The notes under the pieces are model-generated. The model was not told the DNA's origin, did not search any database, and saw nothing but the letters and a program-made list of their open reading frames with translations. A stretch of DNA of 64,000 bases from positions 25,811 through 89,810 of the forward strand of contig CAZTWF010000106.1 of assembly GCA_964617245.1 (NCBI GenBank), given 5' to 3'. Positions 41,668 to 52,047 of this stretch are shown piece by piece. Made by a program: the position numbers and the translations under genes. This stretch comes from an uncultured Nitrososphaerota archaeon. GTDB lineage: Archaea; Thermoproteota; Methanomethylicia; Methanomethylicales; Methanomethylicaceae. Positions within the stretch are counted from its first letter, which is position 1, and every line of letters starts with the position of its first letter.

Positions 41668-43104
41668 TTGTCAGAGACTACATTACTTAATAAAATAAGT
41701 TCTGTTGTAGAGAATATTAAAAAAATACCTAAAGAAGAAAAGATATTAATTATATCTCATTATGATGCAGATGGTATTTCTTCAGGAAGTATAATTTTCC
41801 AATTATTATTTGATTTAGGATTTTTACCTCATATAAGAATAGTAACACAATTAGATCATGAAATTATAAATGAAATAAAATCTTTGAATTATGAATATAT
41901 AATATTTAGTGATATGGGGAGTGGTCAGAAATCTCTTATAAGTTCTATTGAAAGAAAAAGTATTTTTATTATAGATCATCATCAGCCAGAATCCTCTGAA
42001 TTAGAAAATGAGATAAATCCACATTATTTTGGATTTGATGGAGCAAAAGATATCTCATCTTCTGGTTTAGCATATCTTTTAGCTAAGGAAATTGATGATA
42101 AAAATATTTATTTATCACAAATTGCAATTGTTGGAGCTCTTGGAGATCTTCAAGATAGAGGAGAAAAAAACTCACTTATTGGTCTTAATGAGAAGATCTC
42201 TCAAGATGCAGAAAAAATGAACTTATTAAAGAAAAAATTAGGTTTAAGATTACATGGTTTTGAATCTAGACCAATTATACAATGTTTAGCAAATACTATA
42301 GAGCCCTATTTGCCTGGCTTAACTGGTAATGAAGGAGCTTGTCTTAAGTTTATTAAAAATCTTGGTATAGAACCAAAAAGACCAGATGGTAATTGGAAAA
42401 CATTATCTGATTTATCAAATGAAGAAATTAAATTATTAGTAAGTGGATTAATAAAATATTTAATTTCTCTTGGTTTTTCAAGTAAGGAAGCAGAAAAAAT
42501 CATAGGGACAGTTTATATATTTCCTAATGAACCGATCGATTCTCCTTTATATGATGCAAGAGAGTTTTCTTCATCTATAAATGCATGTGGTCGTATGAAT
42601 AGGTATAGTCTTGGTATTGCTATTTGCTTAGGTGATAGAAATAATGCATTAGATGAACTTAAGCAAGTTCTTCAGAATTATAAGCAAAAATTATCATATT
42701 ATATAAATTGGCTATTTTCTAGTAATAACTCTATAAAGATATTATCATATGTACAAGCAATTTTTGGAGGAGATATTGTAGATGAAAAAATGATAGCTCC
42801 TCTGATTTCTATGTTATATGGTAGTAAACCATTTTCATTAGAGAAACCAATTATAGGTTTTTCTAAATCTAAAAATTTTGTTAAGGTTTCTGCAAGAGCT
42901 ACAATAGATTTAGTAAATAAAGGTATAAACCTTGGTATTTTAATCAGAGAAGCAGCTAAAAAATGTAATGGTATAGGAGGAGGGCATAATATTGCAGCAG
43001 GCGCACAAATTCCTATAGGAAAAGAAGAAGAATTTCTTGAATATCTTAATAAATTAATAAAAGAATCTCAGGTGATTAAAACTGAAGTTAGAACTACAAA
43101 TTAA
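41668..43104 (+). CDS. RecJ/Cdc45-like DHH nuclease (GAN-like)
   Basis: HYDADG, DMGSG, IDHH, GGGHNIAAG; uS15-DHH-Pcc-eS1 synteny. Confidence 0.88.
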   Translation: MSETTLLNKISSVVENIKKIPKEEKILIISHYDADGISSGSIIFQLLFDLGFLPHIRIVTQLDHEIINEIKSLNYEYIIFSDMGSGQKSLISSIERKSIFIIDHHQPESSELENEINPHYFGFDGAKDISSSGLAYLLAKEIDDKNIYLSQIAIVGALGDLQDRGEKNSLIGLNEKISQDAEKMNLLKKKLGLRLHGFESRPIIQCLANTIEPYLPGLTGNEGACLKFIKNLGIEPKRPDGNWKTLSDLSNEEIKLLVSGLIKYLISLGFSSKEAEKIIGTVYIFPNEPIDSPLYDAREFSSSINACGRMNRYSLGIAICLGDRNNALDELKQVLQNYKQKLSYYINWLFSSNNSIKILSYVQAIFGGDIVDEKMIAPLISMLYGSKPFSLEKPIIGFSKSKNFVKVSARATIDLVNKGINLGILIREAAKKCNGIGGGHNIAAGAQIPIGKEEEFLEYLNKLIKESQVIKTEVRTTN

Positions 43105-43336
43105 AATTCCATGTGAAAATGAAAAAATAGCAAAAATAATAGAAAAATCAATAACACCAGATAATTATGAAACTCCTATTAATACTAATATACAAGTAAG
43201 TATAGAAAATTCTTTTCTATCAATAAAAATTTTCTCTACTGATGATATTCCATCATTTTTGAGAACTATAGATGATTTATTAATATGTATTTATTTAACA
43301 GAAAAAATTTTAAAAGAGTTCCCCCCAACTACTTAA
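43082..43336 (+). CDS. KEOPS Pcc1-family protein (probable Pcc2 paralog), CTG start; not in ORF track
   Basis: KLELQIKIPCENEKIAKIIEKSITPDN...SFLRTIDDLLICI; SD AGGTGA; in-frame TGA at 43073. Confidence 0.8.
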   Translation: MKLELQIKIPCENEKIAKIIEKSITPDNYETPINTNIQVSIENSFLSIKIFSTDDIPSFLRTIDDLLICIYLTEKILKEFPPTT

Positions 43337-43347
43337 AGCTTATATTA
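43335..43347 (+). promoter_or_regulatory. Putative BRE/TATA before eS1
   Basis: AAAGCTTATATTA about 33 nt upstream of ATG 43380. Confidence 0.4.
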
Positions 43348-43379
43348 GGGTTTTATATTTTGTAATGAGGGAAGAATAA

Positions 43380-43997
43380 ATGTCCTCTAAACAACCTACA
43401 ACAAAACTAAAAGAAAAATGGCGACAAAAGAAATGGTACACTATCATTGCACCATCTTCATTTGGAAACCTTGAAATAGGAAGAACTATTTCAGACTCTC
43501 CACAAAAACTTATTGGTAGAATAGTTGAAACTACTCTTTATGATATAACTGAATCAATTTCTCAACTTTATATTAAATTATATTTTAAAATAATAAAAGT
43601 TGAAGGTGATAAAGCTTATACAATGTTTTATGGTCATGATTTTGCTAGAGATTATTTAAGAAGTCTTGTAAGAAGAGGAACAACACGTATAGATGGTATA
43701 TTTGATATCACTTCAAAAGATGGATATAAAATGCGAATTAGTATAATTGCAATTACTGCAGCAAGAGCAAAAACATCACAAGCACATGCTATAAGAAAAA
43801 TAATGGAGGATATTGTTACAAAGAAGGATGGACAATTACTTTATGATGAGCTTGCTCAACAATTAGTATTAGGTAAAATAGCTTCAGAGATCTATAATGA
43901 GGCTAAGAAAATATATCCATTGAGGAAATTAGAAGTTAGAAAAAGTAAATTATTAGAAGCACCACAAGTATTGGTAACAACACAAGCAACAACTTAA
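43380..43997 (+). CDS. rps3ae: 30S ribosomal protein eS1 (S3Ae)
   Basis: KWRQKKWYTIIAP, GRIVETTL, DYLRSLVRR, KIYPLR. Confidence 0.97.
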   Translation: MSSKQPTTKLKEKWRQKKWYTIIAPSSFGNLEIGRTISDSPQKLIGRIVETTLYDITESISQLYIKLYFKIIKVEGDKAYTMFYGHDFARDYLRSLVRRGTTRIDGIFDITSKDGYKMRISIIAITAARAKTSQAHAIRKIMEDIVTKKDGQLLYDELAQQLVLGKIASEIYNEAKKIYPLRKLEVRKSKLLEAPQVLVTTQATT

Positions 43998-44036
43998 TAA
44001 TTAAAAATAAATTATCAATTTTAAATATTTAATTTT

Positions 44037-45356
44037 ATGAAAGAAATTATAAGTTCTTCTGGAATTAGAGGATTAGCTATAAGTGAGATATCTCCTGAAT
44101 TTTGTATGAAAATTGGTTTAGCAATATCTAATATTAAAAAAGGTGAATATGTAATTGGTCATGATGTTCGTTTAACTTCTTATTTACTAGCTAATAGTTT
44201 AGTTAATGGAATCTGTGCAGGAGGCTCTAATTCTATATTTATTGGTCTAGCTCCTACTCCTGCAATTGCATTTTATGCCAGGGATTATACAGGTGGTATT
44301 GCTATAACAGCTAGTCATAATCCTCCTGAATATAATGGATTAAAAATATTTAATAAAGATGGAATTCCTGTTACCTCATCTTTTTATAAAAATCTTCTTG
44401 AAATTCCTATAAATTATTCTAATTGGGATTCATTAGGAAATGTTAAGAATTTTCACGGTATATATGAATATATAGAATTTCTTATTTCTCAAATAAATAC
44501 AAAAAGAAAATGGAGAATTGGATTAGATCCAGGAAATGGAACTACATCATTAACTGCTCCATTAATATTTCATAATGTAGGTCATGAAGTTAAGACAATA
44601 AATATTAATTTAGATGGTAGATTTCCTGGAAGAGGTGCTGAACCAAATGAATGTTCTTCAAAATTATTATCTGATCTTATTAGAAAACATTCTTTAGATA
44701 TTGGATTTGCATATGATGGTGATGGTGATAGAGTTTTAATAATTGATGAAAATGGTAATGTTATTCCTCAAGATATTGCTTTAGCTCATATAGCTAAATT
44801 TATTGCTTCTAATTCAAATAAACCAATAATTGTAAATGTAGATACATCATCAATTGTAGACTATATTATAAATTCTATTGGAGGAAAAGTCTATAGATCA
44901 AAAGTTGGTGATCCATATATTGTAGAAGAAATAATTAAAAAAGATGCATGTTTTGGAGGAGAACCTTGTGGTGCTTGGATATTTCCAAATATAATAAAAT
45001 GTCCAGATGGTGTTCTATCATCAATTATATTTTTAAATTTTCTAGATTATGAAGAAATAAAACCTTCAGAACTTTTAAATAATCTTCCTAATTTCTTTAT
45101 AGAAAGAAAAAATATACCATGTAAGGACAAAATTACCACTATGAAAAGAATAATAAATGAAATTCCTAAATTATATCCTGATGCTAATATTTCATATATT
45201 GATGGTATTAGAATTTCATGGGATGATTTTACATGGATTTTAATAAGACCTTCTGGAACTGAGCCATTGATAAGAATAACTATAGAATCAATGTTTAAAG
45301 ATAAAGTAAAAAATCTTATTTCTTCAATTACAGAGTTTATAATTAAAGGTGACTAA
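44037..45356 (+). CDS. glmM: Phosphohexomutase (GlmM/PMM family)
   Basis: ITASHNPPEYNG, DGDGDR, RPSGTEP. Confidence 0.85.
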   Translation: MKEIISSSGIRGLAISEISPEFCMKIGLAISNIKKGEYVIGHDVRLTSYLLANSLVNGICAGGSNSIFIGLAPTPAIAFYARDYTGGIAITASHNPPEYNGLKIFNKDGIPVTSSFYKNLLEIPINYSNWDSLGNVKNFHGIYEYIEFLISQINTKRKWRIGLDPGNGTTSLTAPLIFHNVGHEVKTININLDGRFPGRGAEPNECSSKLLSDLIRKHSLDIGFAYDGDGDRVLIIDENGNVIPQDIALAHIAKFIASNSNKPIIVNVDTSSIVDYIINSIGGKVYRSKVGDPYIVEEIIKKDACFGGEPCGAWIFPNIIKCPDGVLSSIIFLNFLDYEEIKPSELLNNLPNFFIERKNIPCKDKITTMKRIINEIPKLYPDANISYIDGIRISWDDFTWILIRPSGTEPLIRITIESMFKDKVKNLISSITEFIIKGD

Positions 45357-45359
45357 AAT

Positions 45360-46631
45360 ACGAAAGCCATAATTCTTGCTGCTGGTAAAGGTACAAGATT
45401 AGATCCATTTACAATAAGTAGACCAAAACATTTAATTCCTATTGCTGGAGCTCCATTAATTGAACATATAATAAATGCACTTAAAGAAAATGGTATTAAT
45501 GAAATAATAATTGTTATAAACTATATGGGCGAATTAATAAAATCATATTTAGGTGATGGTTCAAAATTTTCAGTAAAAATAAATTATGTAGAACAAAAGA
45601 CATTAGAAGGAACAGCTCATGCTCTTTATTCATGTAAAGATTTAATTAATAATGAATCATTTATAGTTGTATATGGTGATATTATTTTTCATCCTTCTGT
45701 TATTTCTAATTTAATATCATCTTACAATGAAAAATATCTTGGCGTTATATTAGGAGTTTATGTGAAGAATGTTAAAGATTTTGGATTATTAATTACTAAT
45801 GGAGAATTTTTAACTAAAATAGAAGAAAAACCAGAGATTAATGAATTAGGAATTATTAATGGTGGAATGTATATATTTAAGCCTGAAATATTTAAATTTA
45901 TAGAAAAAACTGAAAAATCTATTCGTGGAGAAATAGAATTAACATCATCAATAAATATAGCAATAAAGGAAAATGAAAAATTTCTTGTAGTGAGATCAGA
46001 AGAAGATAAATGGGTTGATGTAGGAAAACCTTGGGATATATTAGATGCTAATAAACTTCTTATGGATTTAAAAATTAATAAAAAAATTATTCATGGTTAT
46101 GTAGAAGATGGCGTTCATATAAATGGTAATGTAGTAATTGAAAAAGATGCTAAAATTCTTTCTGGAACTTATATTGAAGGTCCTGTTTGGATTTCTTCTG
46201 GATGTAAAGTAGGTCCAAATTGTTATATTCGTTCATATACTTATTTATGTAAAAATGTAAGAATAGGAAATGCTTGTGAAATTAAGAATAGTATAATTAT
46301 GGAAGATACTCATATTAGTCATCTTTCTTATATTGGAGATAGTGTAATAGGAGCAAAATGTAATATTGGAGCAGGAACAATAATTGCAAATTTAAAATTT
46401 AATGAAAGTACTATAAAAGTAACAATAAAAGGAGAGAAAATTGATAGTGGAAAAAGAAAACTTGGAGCATTTATTGGTGATAATGTTAAGACTGGGATAA
46501 ATGTTAGTATAAATCCAGGTATAAAAATTGGACCAAATTGTTGGATTGCACCTAATACATTTGTTTATAAAAATGTACCAAGAAATTCTTTTTTAACTCA
46601 AAAATTTGAAGTAGAATTAAAAGAAAAATGA
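45360..46631 (+). CDS. glmU: Bifunctional sugar-1-phosphate nucleotidylyl/acetyltransferase (archaeal GlmU), apparent ACG start
   Basis: In frame upstream of the track ORF: (ACG)KAIILAAGKGTRLDPFTISRPKHLIPIAG; C-terminal hexapeptide repeats, HLSYIGDS. Confidence 0.88.
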   Translation, partial: TKAIILAAGKGTRLDPFTISRPKHLIPIAGAPLIEHIINALKENGINEIIIVINYMGELIKSYLGDGSKFSVKINYVEQKTLEGTAHALYSCKDLINNESFIVVYGDIIFHPSVISNLISSYNEKYLGVILGVYVKNVKDFGLLITNGEFLTKIEEKPEINELGIINGGMYIFKPEIFKFIEKTEKSIRGEIELTSSINIAIKENEKFLVVRSEEDKWVDVGKPWDILDANKLLMDLKINKKIIHGYVEDGVHINGNVVIEKDAKILSGTYIEGPVWISSGCKVGPNCYIRSYTYLCKNVRIGNACEIKNSIIMEDTHISHLSYIGDSVIGAKCNIGAGTIIANLKFNESTIKVTIKGEKIDSGKRKLGAFIGDNVKTGINVSINPGIKIGPNCWIAPNTFVYKNVPRNSFLTQKFEVELKEK

Positions 46632-48175
46632 TAATAGAAAAAAATACAATAATAAAAGATCATCGTAAAGTAAAATTAAAATTTGCACTAGTATATCCTA
46701 ACATATATAATGTGGGAATGAGTAATCTTGCCATTCGTTTACTTTATGAAGTTATTAATAATAGAGAAGATATTGTTTGTGAACGTTTCTTTTTTTCAGG
46801 ATATAGAACAAAACCAGTAAGTATTGAATCTAGATTACCTTTAAATTATTTTGATGTAATAGGAGTTTCTTTTCAACATGAAATGGATTATATTCGTTTT
46901 TTAGATATGCTTTCATCATCATCAATACCATTAGAAACTGATAAGCGTAATTTTCCTATTATTATTGCAGGAGGACCTGCAATATCTTCAAATCCAATAC
47001 CATTAGCTAAATTTATTGATTTCTTTGTTATTGGTGAAGTAGAACCGATTATTGATATATTATTAGATTCTTTAGTAAATAGAAATTTAAAAGAAGTATA
47101 TACATCTATACCTGGATTATATAAGCCAGGAAAATTAACAGAAAGAATATATGTAAAAGATTTAGATTTTGCTCCTCATGCAATAAGACAGGTTATTTCA
47201 AATTTAAAAGACACATTTACTTCATCATTTTTACTTGAAGTAAGTAGAGGTTGTAAAATTGGTTGTAGATTTTGTCTTGAATATTTTTTATATTTTCCAA
47301 AAAGAGAAAGATCTCTAAAGAATATAATTAATATTATTGAAGATGGATTATTATTAACTCAAACTAATAAATTGGTTATTATTAGTTCTGCATTTCTTGA
47401 TCATTCTCAGATAAAAGATATTCTTCTATTTCTTAATGAAAAGAAAATTAATTTTTCAGTACCATCTATAAGAATAGCAGAAATAGATGATGAACTTATT
47501 AAATTAATTGCTTCCAGTGGACAGCATACATTAACAATAGCACCTGAATCTCATTGTGAACATTTAAGAAATATAATTAATAAGAAATTTGATAATGATC
47601 TATTCTTTGATATAATAAAAAAAGCAAAAGAAGCTGGTATAAAAAATCTTAAGTTATATTTTATGTTGGGTATTCCTGGTGAAAAAACTGAAGATTTTAA
47701 TGATTTAGATATTTTCCTATCAAGAATAATTTCATTAGGTTTTTCTCCATCATCAATTCATATATCAATAAATCCATTAATTCCAAAAGCTAATACACCA
47801 TTTCAATGGTTACCATTAATATCAAAAGAAGATTATAAAAATCGTCTTATTATTTTTTATAAAAAGGCAAGAGCTTTAGGAATAAAAAGAATTGAATCAT
47901 TAGACTATAGATGGTGTGCTATTCAAGCATATCTTTCTACTGCTGGACAAGAAGCATCAGAATTACTAAAACTATTATTAGAAGATATTAAAGCTGGAGG
48001 TAGTGGTGATTTAGGATCTTGGCGAAGAGTATTAAAACATTATAAAAAACATCCAGAAGATATATATAAGCCTAGATCTATTGAAGAACCATTACCATGG
48101 GAAGAAATAAAAGGAGCATTTCCTATATCTATATTGAAAAAAGATTTTACAAAAGTAATGGGAGATATTAAATGA
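46628..48175 (+). CDS. Radical SAM protein (B12-binding-like N-domain family)
   Basis: YPNIYNVGMSNL, EVSRGCKIGCRFC, TIAPES, LKLYFMLGIP. Confidence 0.9.
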   Translation: MIIEKNTIIKDHRKVKLKFALVYPNIYNVGMSNLAIRLLYEVINNREDIVCERFFFSGYRTKPVSIESRLPLNYFDVIGVSFQHEMDYIRFLDMLSSSSIPLETDKRNFPIIIAGGPAISSNPIPLAKFIDFFVIGEVEPIIDILLDSLVNRNLKEVYTSIPGLYKPGKLTERIYVKDLDFAPHAIRQVISNLKDTFTSSFLLEVSRGCKIGCRFCLEYFLYFPKRERSLKNIINIIEDGLLLTQTNKLVIISSAFLDHSQIKDILLFLNEKKINFSVPSIRIAEIDDELIKLIASSGQHTLTIAPESHCEHLRNIINKKFDNDLFFDIIKKAKEAGIKNLKLYFMLGIPGEKTEDFNDLDIFLSRIISLGFSPSSIHISINPLIPKANTPFQWLPLISKEDYKNRLIIFYKKARALGIKRIESLDYRWCAIQAYLSTAGQEASELLKLLLEDIKAGGSGDLGSWRRVLKHYKKHPEDIYKPRSIEEPLPWEEIKGAFPISILKKDFTKVMGDIK

Positions 48176-48471
48176 GAATTTCGAAAGAAGAATTCAAGAA
48201 ACTATTTCCTAATATTGCAAAAGAATTAGAAGAAAATAATGGTATTACTTTAAAAGTAGATAAAAGCAGAGGCTATAATCCAACAGTCATAGACTTTATA
48301 AAAAGATGCGAAAAAGATGAAGAAGCTCTTGAAATTATAGATTTTCTTGAAAAACGTAAAGAAATAAGTGAAGAATATGCAGAAAGTTTAAGAAAAAGAA
48401 TAAAAGAAAAAGGTGTAAGATCTTTTGGTAAAAAAAGAGAACCAGGATACTACTTTAGAGCTTTTAAATAA
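48172..48471 (+). CDS. DUF2095 family protein
   Basis: FPNIAKEL, GYNPTVIDFIKRC, GVRSFG..PGYY. Confidence 0.85.
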   Translation: MRISKEEFKKLFPNIAKELEENNGITLKVDKSRGYNPTVIDFIKRCEKDEEALEIIDFLEKRKEISEEYAESLRKRIKEKGVRSFGKKREPGYYFRAFK

Positions 48472-48484
48472 ATTTAATTTTCAT

Positions 48485-49684
48485 TTATTTAGCTGAAACT
48501 ATCTTAATTATATCTCCATTTTTCAAGATATAATTTCCTCCAATTCTTTGTCCTGTTTTAACATTTATTGCATATAAGAAATTATTTCCTAAATCAGTAT
48601 GAATTTTATATGCAAGATCTACAACTGTAGCTCCTTCTTGTAATATGAAGACATCTGGTAATACATTTCCTTTACTATCTGAAAGCTTTACTACATCTTC
48701 TACAGGAAATACTGCTATCATTTTTAATTCTTTCTTATAAATACTTTCTAAAGCTTCTTGTACTCCTGTACTACCCCAACTCTTTAAAATTCCTTCAACT
48801 CTACTAAGTGCTTCCTTTTGTTTTTCATTTAATTCATTATACTTTAAAATTTTAAAATATGAATCTCCAGGCATATATTCTATTAATCCTTTTTTTGCTG
48901 CTAATCTTAATAAAAGTTCAGCTTCAGCAGAACAGGGAATAATAGTATAATCTTTAAATTCAGATTTTATTCTATTGATATTATCTTCTGCTTTTGGCAA
49001 ATCTATCTTATTAGCTGCAATTACCATAGGCTTGGCTATTTTTCTTAATATCTTTACAAATTCTATTATTTCTTCATCAGTCCATTTATCTATGCTTTTA
49101 TTAAATTCATCTCTTGATTTTAATGTCATGATAATATGTTTTTTACTAATCATAAGGCCAGATAATCTATCATAAATTACTGTAACAATATCTTCTTTCT
49201 GTTGTAAAACTCTTTTTACTATTTTATTCCAATCTTTTTTTAATATTTGAAATAACCACATTATAATTTCATATTCTATAAATTTTATATCTTCTACAGG
49301 ATCTCCTTTTCCTATTTCACAAGGATTTCCATTTATATCTGTTGATCCAGAAGCATCTACAATATGAATAAATCCATCAACTTGTCTTAGATCATCTAAA
49401 AATTTATTTCCAAGACCCCTTCCTTTATGTGCTTCTGGAACAAGTCCTGCTACATCTACAATTTCTACAGGGACCCATCTTATACCATTAATACACTTAG
49501 AATTTCTTGGATTATCTTTTACTCCTAATTCTTTACACACACAAGGAAATCTTATACTAGTTATTCCCTTATTTGGTTCAATTGTTGTGAATGGAATATT
49601 ACTTATCTTTACAGGTATTAAAGTAACAGCTGAAAAAAATGTTGATTTTCCAACATTTGTTTTTCCAATTATTCCTACAATCAT
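48485..49684 (-). CDS. ychF: YchF/Obg-family ATPase/GTPase with TGS domain
   Basis: GKTNVGKST, PFTTIEPN, DVAGLV, NKID, C-terminal TGS domain. Confidence 0.93.
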   Translation of the reverse strand: MIVGIIGKTNVGKSTFFSAVTLIPVKISNIPFTTIEPNKGITSIRFPCVCKELGVKDNPRNSKCINGIRWVPVEIVDVAGLVPEAHKGRGLGNKFLDDLRQVDGFIHIVDASGSTDINGNPCEIGKGDPVEDIKFIEYEIIMWLFQILKKDWNKIVKRVLQQKEDIVTVIYDRLSGLMISKKHIIMTLKSRDEFNKSIDKWTDEEIIEFVKILRKIAKPMVIAANKIDLPKAEDNINRIKSEFKDYTIIPCSAEAELLLRLAAKKGLIEYMPGDSYFKILKYNELNEKQKEALSRVEGILKSWGSTGVQEALESIYKKELKMIAVFPVEDVVKLSDSKGNVLPDVFILQEGATVVDLAYKIHTDLGNNFLYAINVKTGQRIGGNYILKNGDIIKIVSAK

Positions 49685-49764
49685 AACTAGTCTTATTATA
49701 ACTTAAAATATTAAAGAGAAAAACTTTTTTATGTAATAAAATATTGCATTTTTGGGATATTAAA

Positions 49765-50703
49765 ATGAAAGTATTAATTGCTGATGATATTGATAAAGAA
49801 TGTATAATTAGACTTAGAAATGCTGGTTTTGAAGTAGATGATCTTCCAAATATTTCAAAAGAAGAATTAATAAAAATAATTCATAATTATGATATATTAA
49901 TTGTAAGAGGGAGAACAAAAGTAACAAAAGAAGTTATAGAAGCAGCAAAAAGACTTAAATTCATTGGAAGAGTTGGTGTTGGATTAGATAATATTGATGT
50001 TAAGACTGCTGAAGAAAAAGGTATAAAAGTAATTAATACTCCTGAAATGTCTACTATTGCAGTAGCAGAACTTACAATTTCACTAATTTTAAATTTAATT
50101 CGTGGAACATATAGAGCTATAGAATCTATGAAAAAAGGATTATGGGAGAAAAAGAATTTATATGGTTATGAATTATTTGGTAAAACTCTAGGAATTATTG
50201 GTTTTGGAAGAATAGGTAGAGCAGTAGCTGAAAGAGCAAAAGCATTTAATATGAAAATAATTGTATATGATATAATAGATTATGATCTAATAAGAGAAGA
50301 AATAGAAAAACTTAATGCTATTTATGTATCATCACTTGAAGAATTATTAATGAATTCTGATATAATTACAATTCATGTACCTTTAACACCACAAACAAAA
50401 TATATGATAAATTCTAAAACAATTTCTCTTATGCGTAATGGTGTTTATATAATTAATACTTCAAGAGGAGAAATTATTAATACTAAGGATTTACTTAATG
50501 CTATTAAAACTGGAAAAGTTGCTGGAGTAGCTCTTGATGTATTTGAAAATGAACCTCCAAAAGAAGATTGGGAAAAAGAATTAATATCTCTACCTAATGT
50601 AATTACTACTCCTCATATAGGTGCACAAACATATGAAGCTCAAATTAAAGGTGCAATCTTAATGGCCGAAAATATTATTAAACTCTTTAAATCGTCTAAC
50701 TAG
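49765..50703 (+). CDS. serA: D-3-phosphoglycerate/2-hydroxyacid dehydrogenase (no ACT domain)
   Basis: GVGLDNID, GIIGFGRIG, INTSRG, TPHIGAQT. Confidence 0.8.
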   Translation: MKVLIADDIDKECIIRLRNAGFEVDDLPNISKEELIKIIHNYDILIVRGRTKVTKEVIEAAKRLKFIGRVGVGLDNIDVKTAEEKGIKVINTPEMSTIAVAELTISLILNLIRGTYRAIESMKKGLWEKKNLYGYELFGKTLGIIGFGRIGRAVAERAKAFNMKIIVYDIIDYDLIREEIEKLNAIYVSSLEELLMNSDIITIHVPLTPQTKYMINSKTISLMRNGVYIINTSRGEIINTKDLLNAIKTGKVAGVALDVFENEPPKEDWEKELISLPNVITTPHIGAQTYEAQIKGAILMAENIIKLFKSSN

Positions 50704-50712
50704 GGGATAAAA

Positions 50713-51264
50713 ATGTATAGATATCTTGCAGAAATGTGGCGTCATCCTAATGAAGGTATACTTAAATCTATAAGAATGATGAGATTAGTTAAATGGAGAA
50801 GAGAGCCAACAGTTGTTAAAATAGAACATCCTACACGTATAAATAAAGCAAGAGCTCTTGGCTATAAAGCTAAACAAGGTATTATTGTAGCAAGAGTAAG
50901 AGTTAGAAGAGGTTTTATGAATGTAAGTAGACCAAGAACTGGTAGACGTCCAAAACGTATGGGAATGATTCATCCATCAAAAAAGAACTTACAATGGATT
51001 GCTGAGGAACGTGCTGCTAGAAAATTTCCAAATATGGAAGTATTAGGAAGTTATTGGGTAGCTTCTGATGGAAGATTTTCATGGTATGAAGTAATACTTG
51101 TTGATCCACATCATCCTGCTATAATTTCAGATAAAGACTTATCATGGATTACAAAACAAAGAGGAAGAGTATTTAGAGGTCTTACTCCTGCAGGACGTAA
51201 GAGTAGAGGTTTACGTAATAGAGGAAAAAGTGCAGAAAAACTTAGACCAAGTAGAGAATATTAA
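50713..51264 (+). CDS. rpl15e: 50S ribosomal protein eL15
   Basis: [32 protein letters not shown]. Confidence 0.97.
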   Translation: MYRYLAEMWRHPNEGILKSIRMMRLVKWRREPTVVKIEHPTRINKARALGYKAKQGIIVARVRVRRGFMNVSRPRTGRRPKRMGMIHPSKKNLQWIAEERAARKFPNMEVLGSYWVASDGRFSWYEVILVDPHHPAIISDKDLSWITKQRGRVFRGLTPAGRKSRGLRNRGKSAEKLRPSREY

Positions 51265-51692
51265 TGTTAAATATGAAGGAGTATAAAATTTATTCTATAT
51301 CTTTAAGCACAATAGTACATGCAACTGAAGATAAAGAGAAAGTAAAATCTGCTATATTTAATATAATACCTAGGAATTTAGTAAATAAATTCACTATAAA
51401 TGAAGTAAATGTAAAAGGTCATTATGGTAATCCCATTACAATATTAAATCTAGAAATAAATAATCCTGATATTGCAAATGAAATATTTGAATTTATAATA
51501 AAATCAATTTCAAAAGAAGAACTCACTCTTATAAAAAATAATCCATCATTATATTGTGATGATAGATCTATATTTTTGAGAATAGATAAACAATATGCTT
51601 ATCTTGGAACAATCAAACTTTCATTTCTTGATGATGTTATAAAAATTAAGATAAATGTATTAAACCCTCTAGTTCTATTAAGTAAGTTATGA
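51264..51692 (+). CDS. DUF54 RNA-binding protein (exosome superoperon)
   Basis: VHATEDKEKV, GHYGNPI, LRIDKQ. Confidence 0.9.
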   Translation: MLNMKEYKIYSISLSTIVHATEDKEKVKSAIFNIIPRNLVNKFTINEVNVKGHYGNPITILNLEINNPDIANEIFEFIIKSISKEELTLIKNNPSLYCDDRSIFLRIDKQYAYLGTIKLSFLDDVIKIKINVLNPLVLLSKL

Positions 51693-52027
51693 AAATATTT
51701 AGATCAAGATATATTCTATTTAAAGTTTCAGGAAATCCTTATGATCATGAAATAATATTTCATGTTAAAGCTATTTTACTACCTCATGAAATAAAGATTG
51801 TATTTAAAAAATTACCCTTTGTTATCATAAGGATAGATCATAAATCATGGGAAGTTTTCAAAAGATTGTATGGCCCAAAAATTACTATAACTTCAAAAAA
51901 ATTTACTATAACTTCTATTATTACCTCTGGAACTATAAAAAAATTAAAGGAAAAAATAAAAACTTGTTCTATTATTATTGAAATGGGGATGAGGAAGCCG
52001 TCCCAGTCACCAGAAAACTTATGTTGA
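51689..52027 (+). CDS. RNase P subunit Pop5/Rpp14-like (divergent)
   Basis: RSRYILFKV, IIRIDH, TSGTIKKL; synteny. Confidence 0.7.
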   Translation: MKIFRSRYILFKVSGNPYDHEIIFHVKAILLPHEIKIVFKKLPFVIIRIDHKSWEVFKRLYGPKITITSKKFTITSIITSGTIKKLKEKIKTCSIIIEMGMRKPSQSPENLC

Positions 52028-52047
52028 AAAGTATCCAACTGACCCAA
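51984..52047 (+). ncRNA. C/D box guide sRNA (probable 23S P-loop target)
   Basis: GGG/CCC terminal stem, C ATGAGGA, D' CAGA, C' ATGTTGA, D CTGA; guide GCCGTCCCAGTCA complementary to UGRCUGGGGCGGC. Confidence 0.8.

Noticed and set aside
45354..45362. Stop-codon readthrough fusing GlmM to GlmU
   Set aside because: The stop is TAA with no recoding signal; a well-placed SD favours independent initiation.
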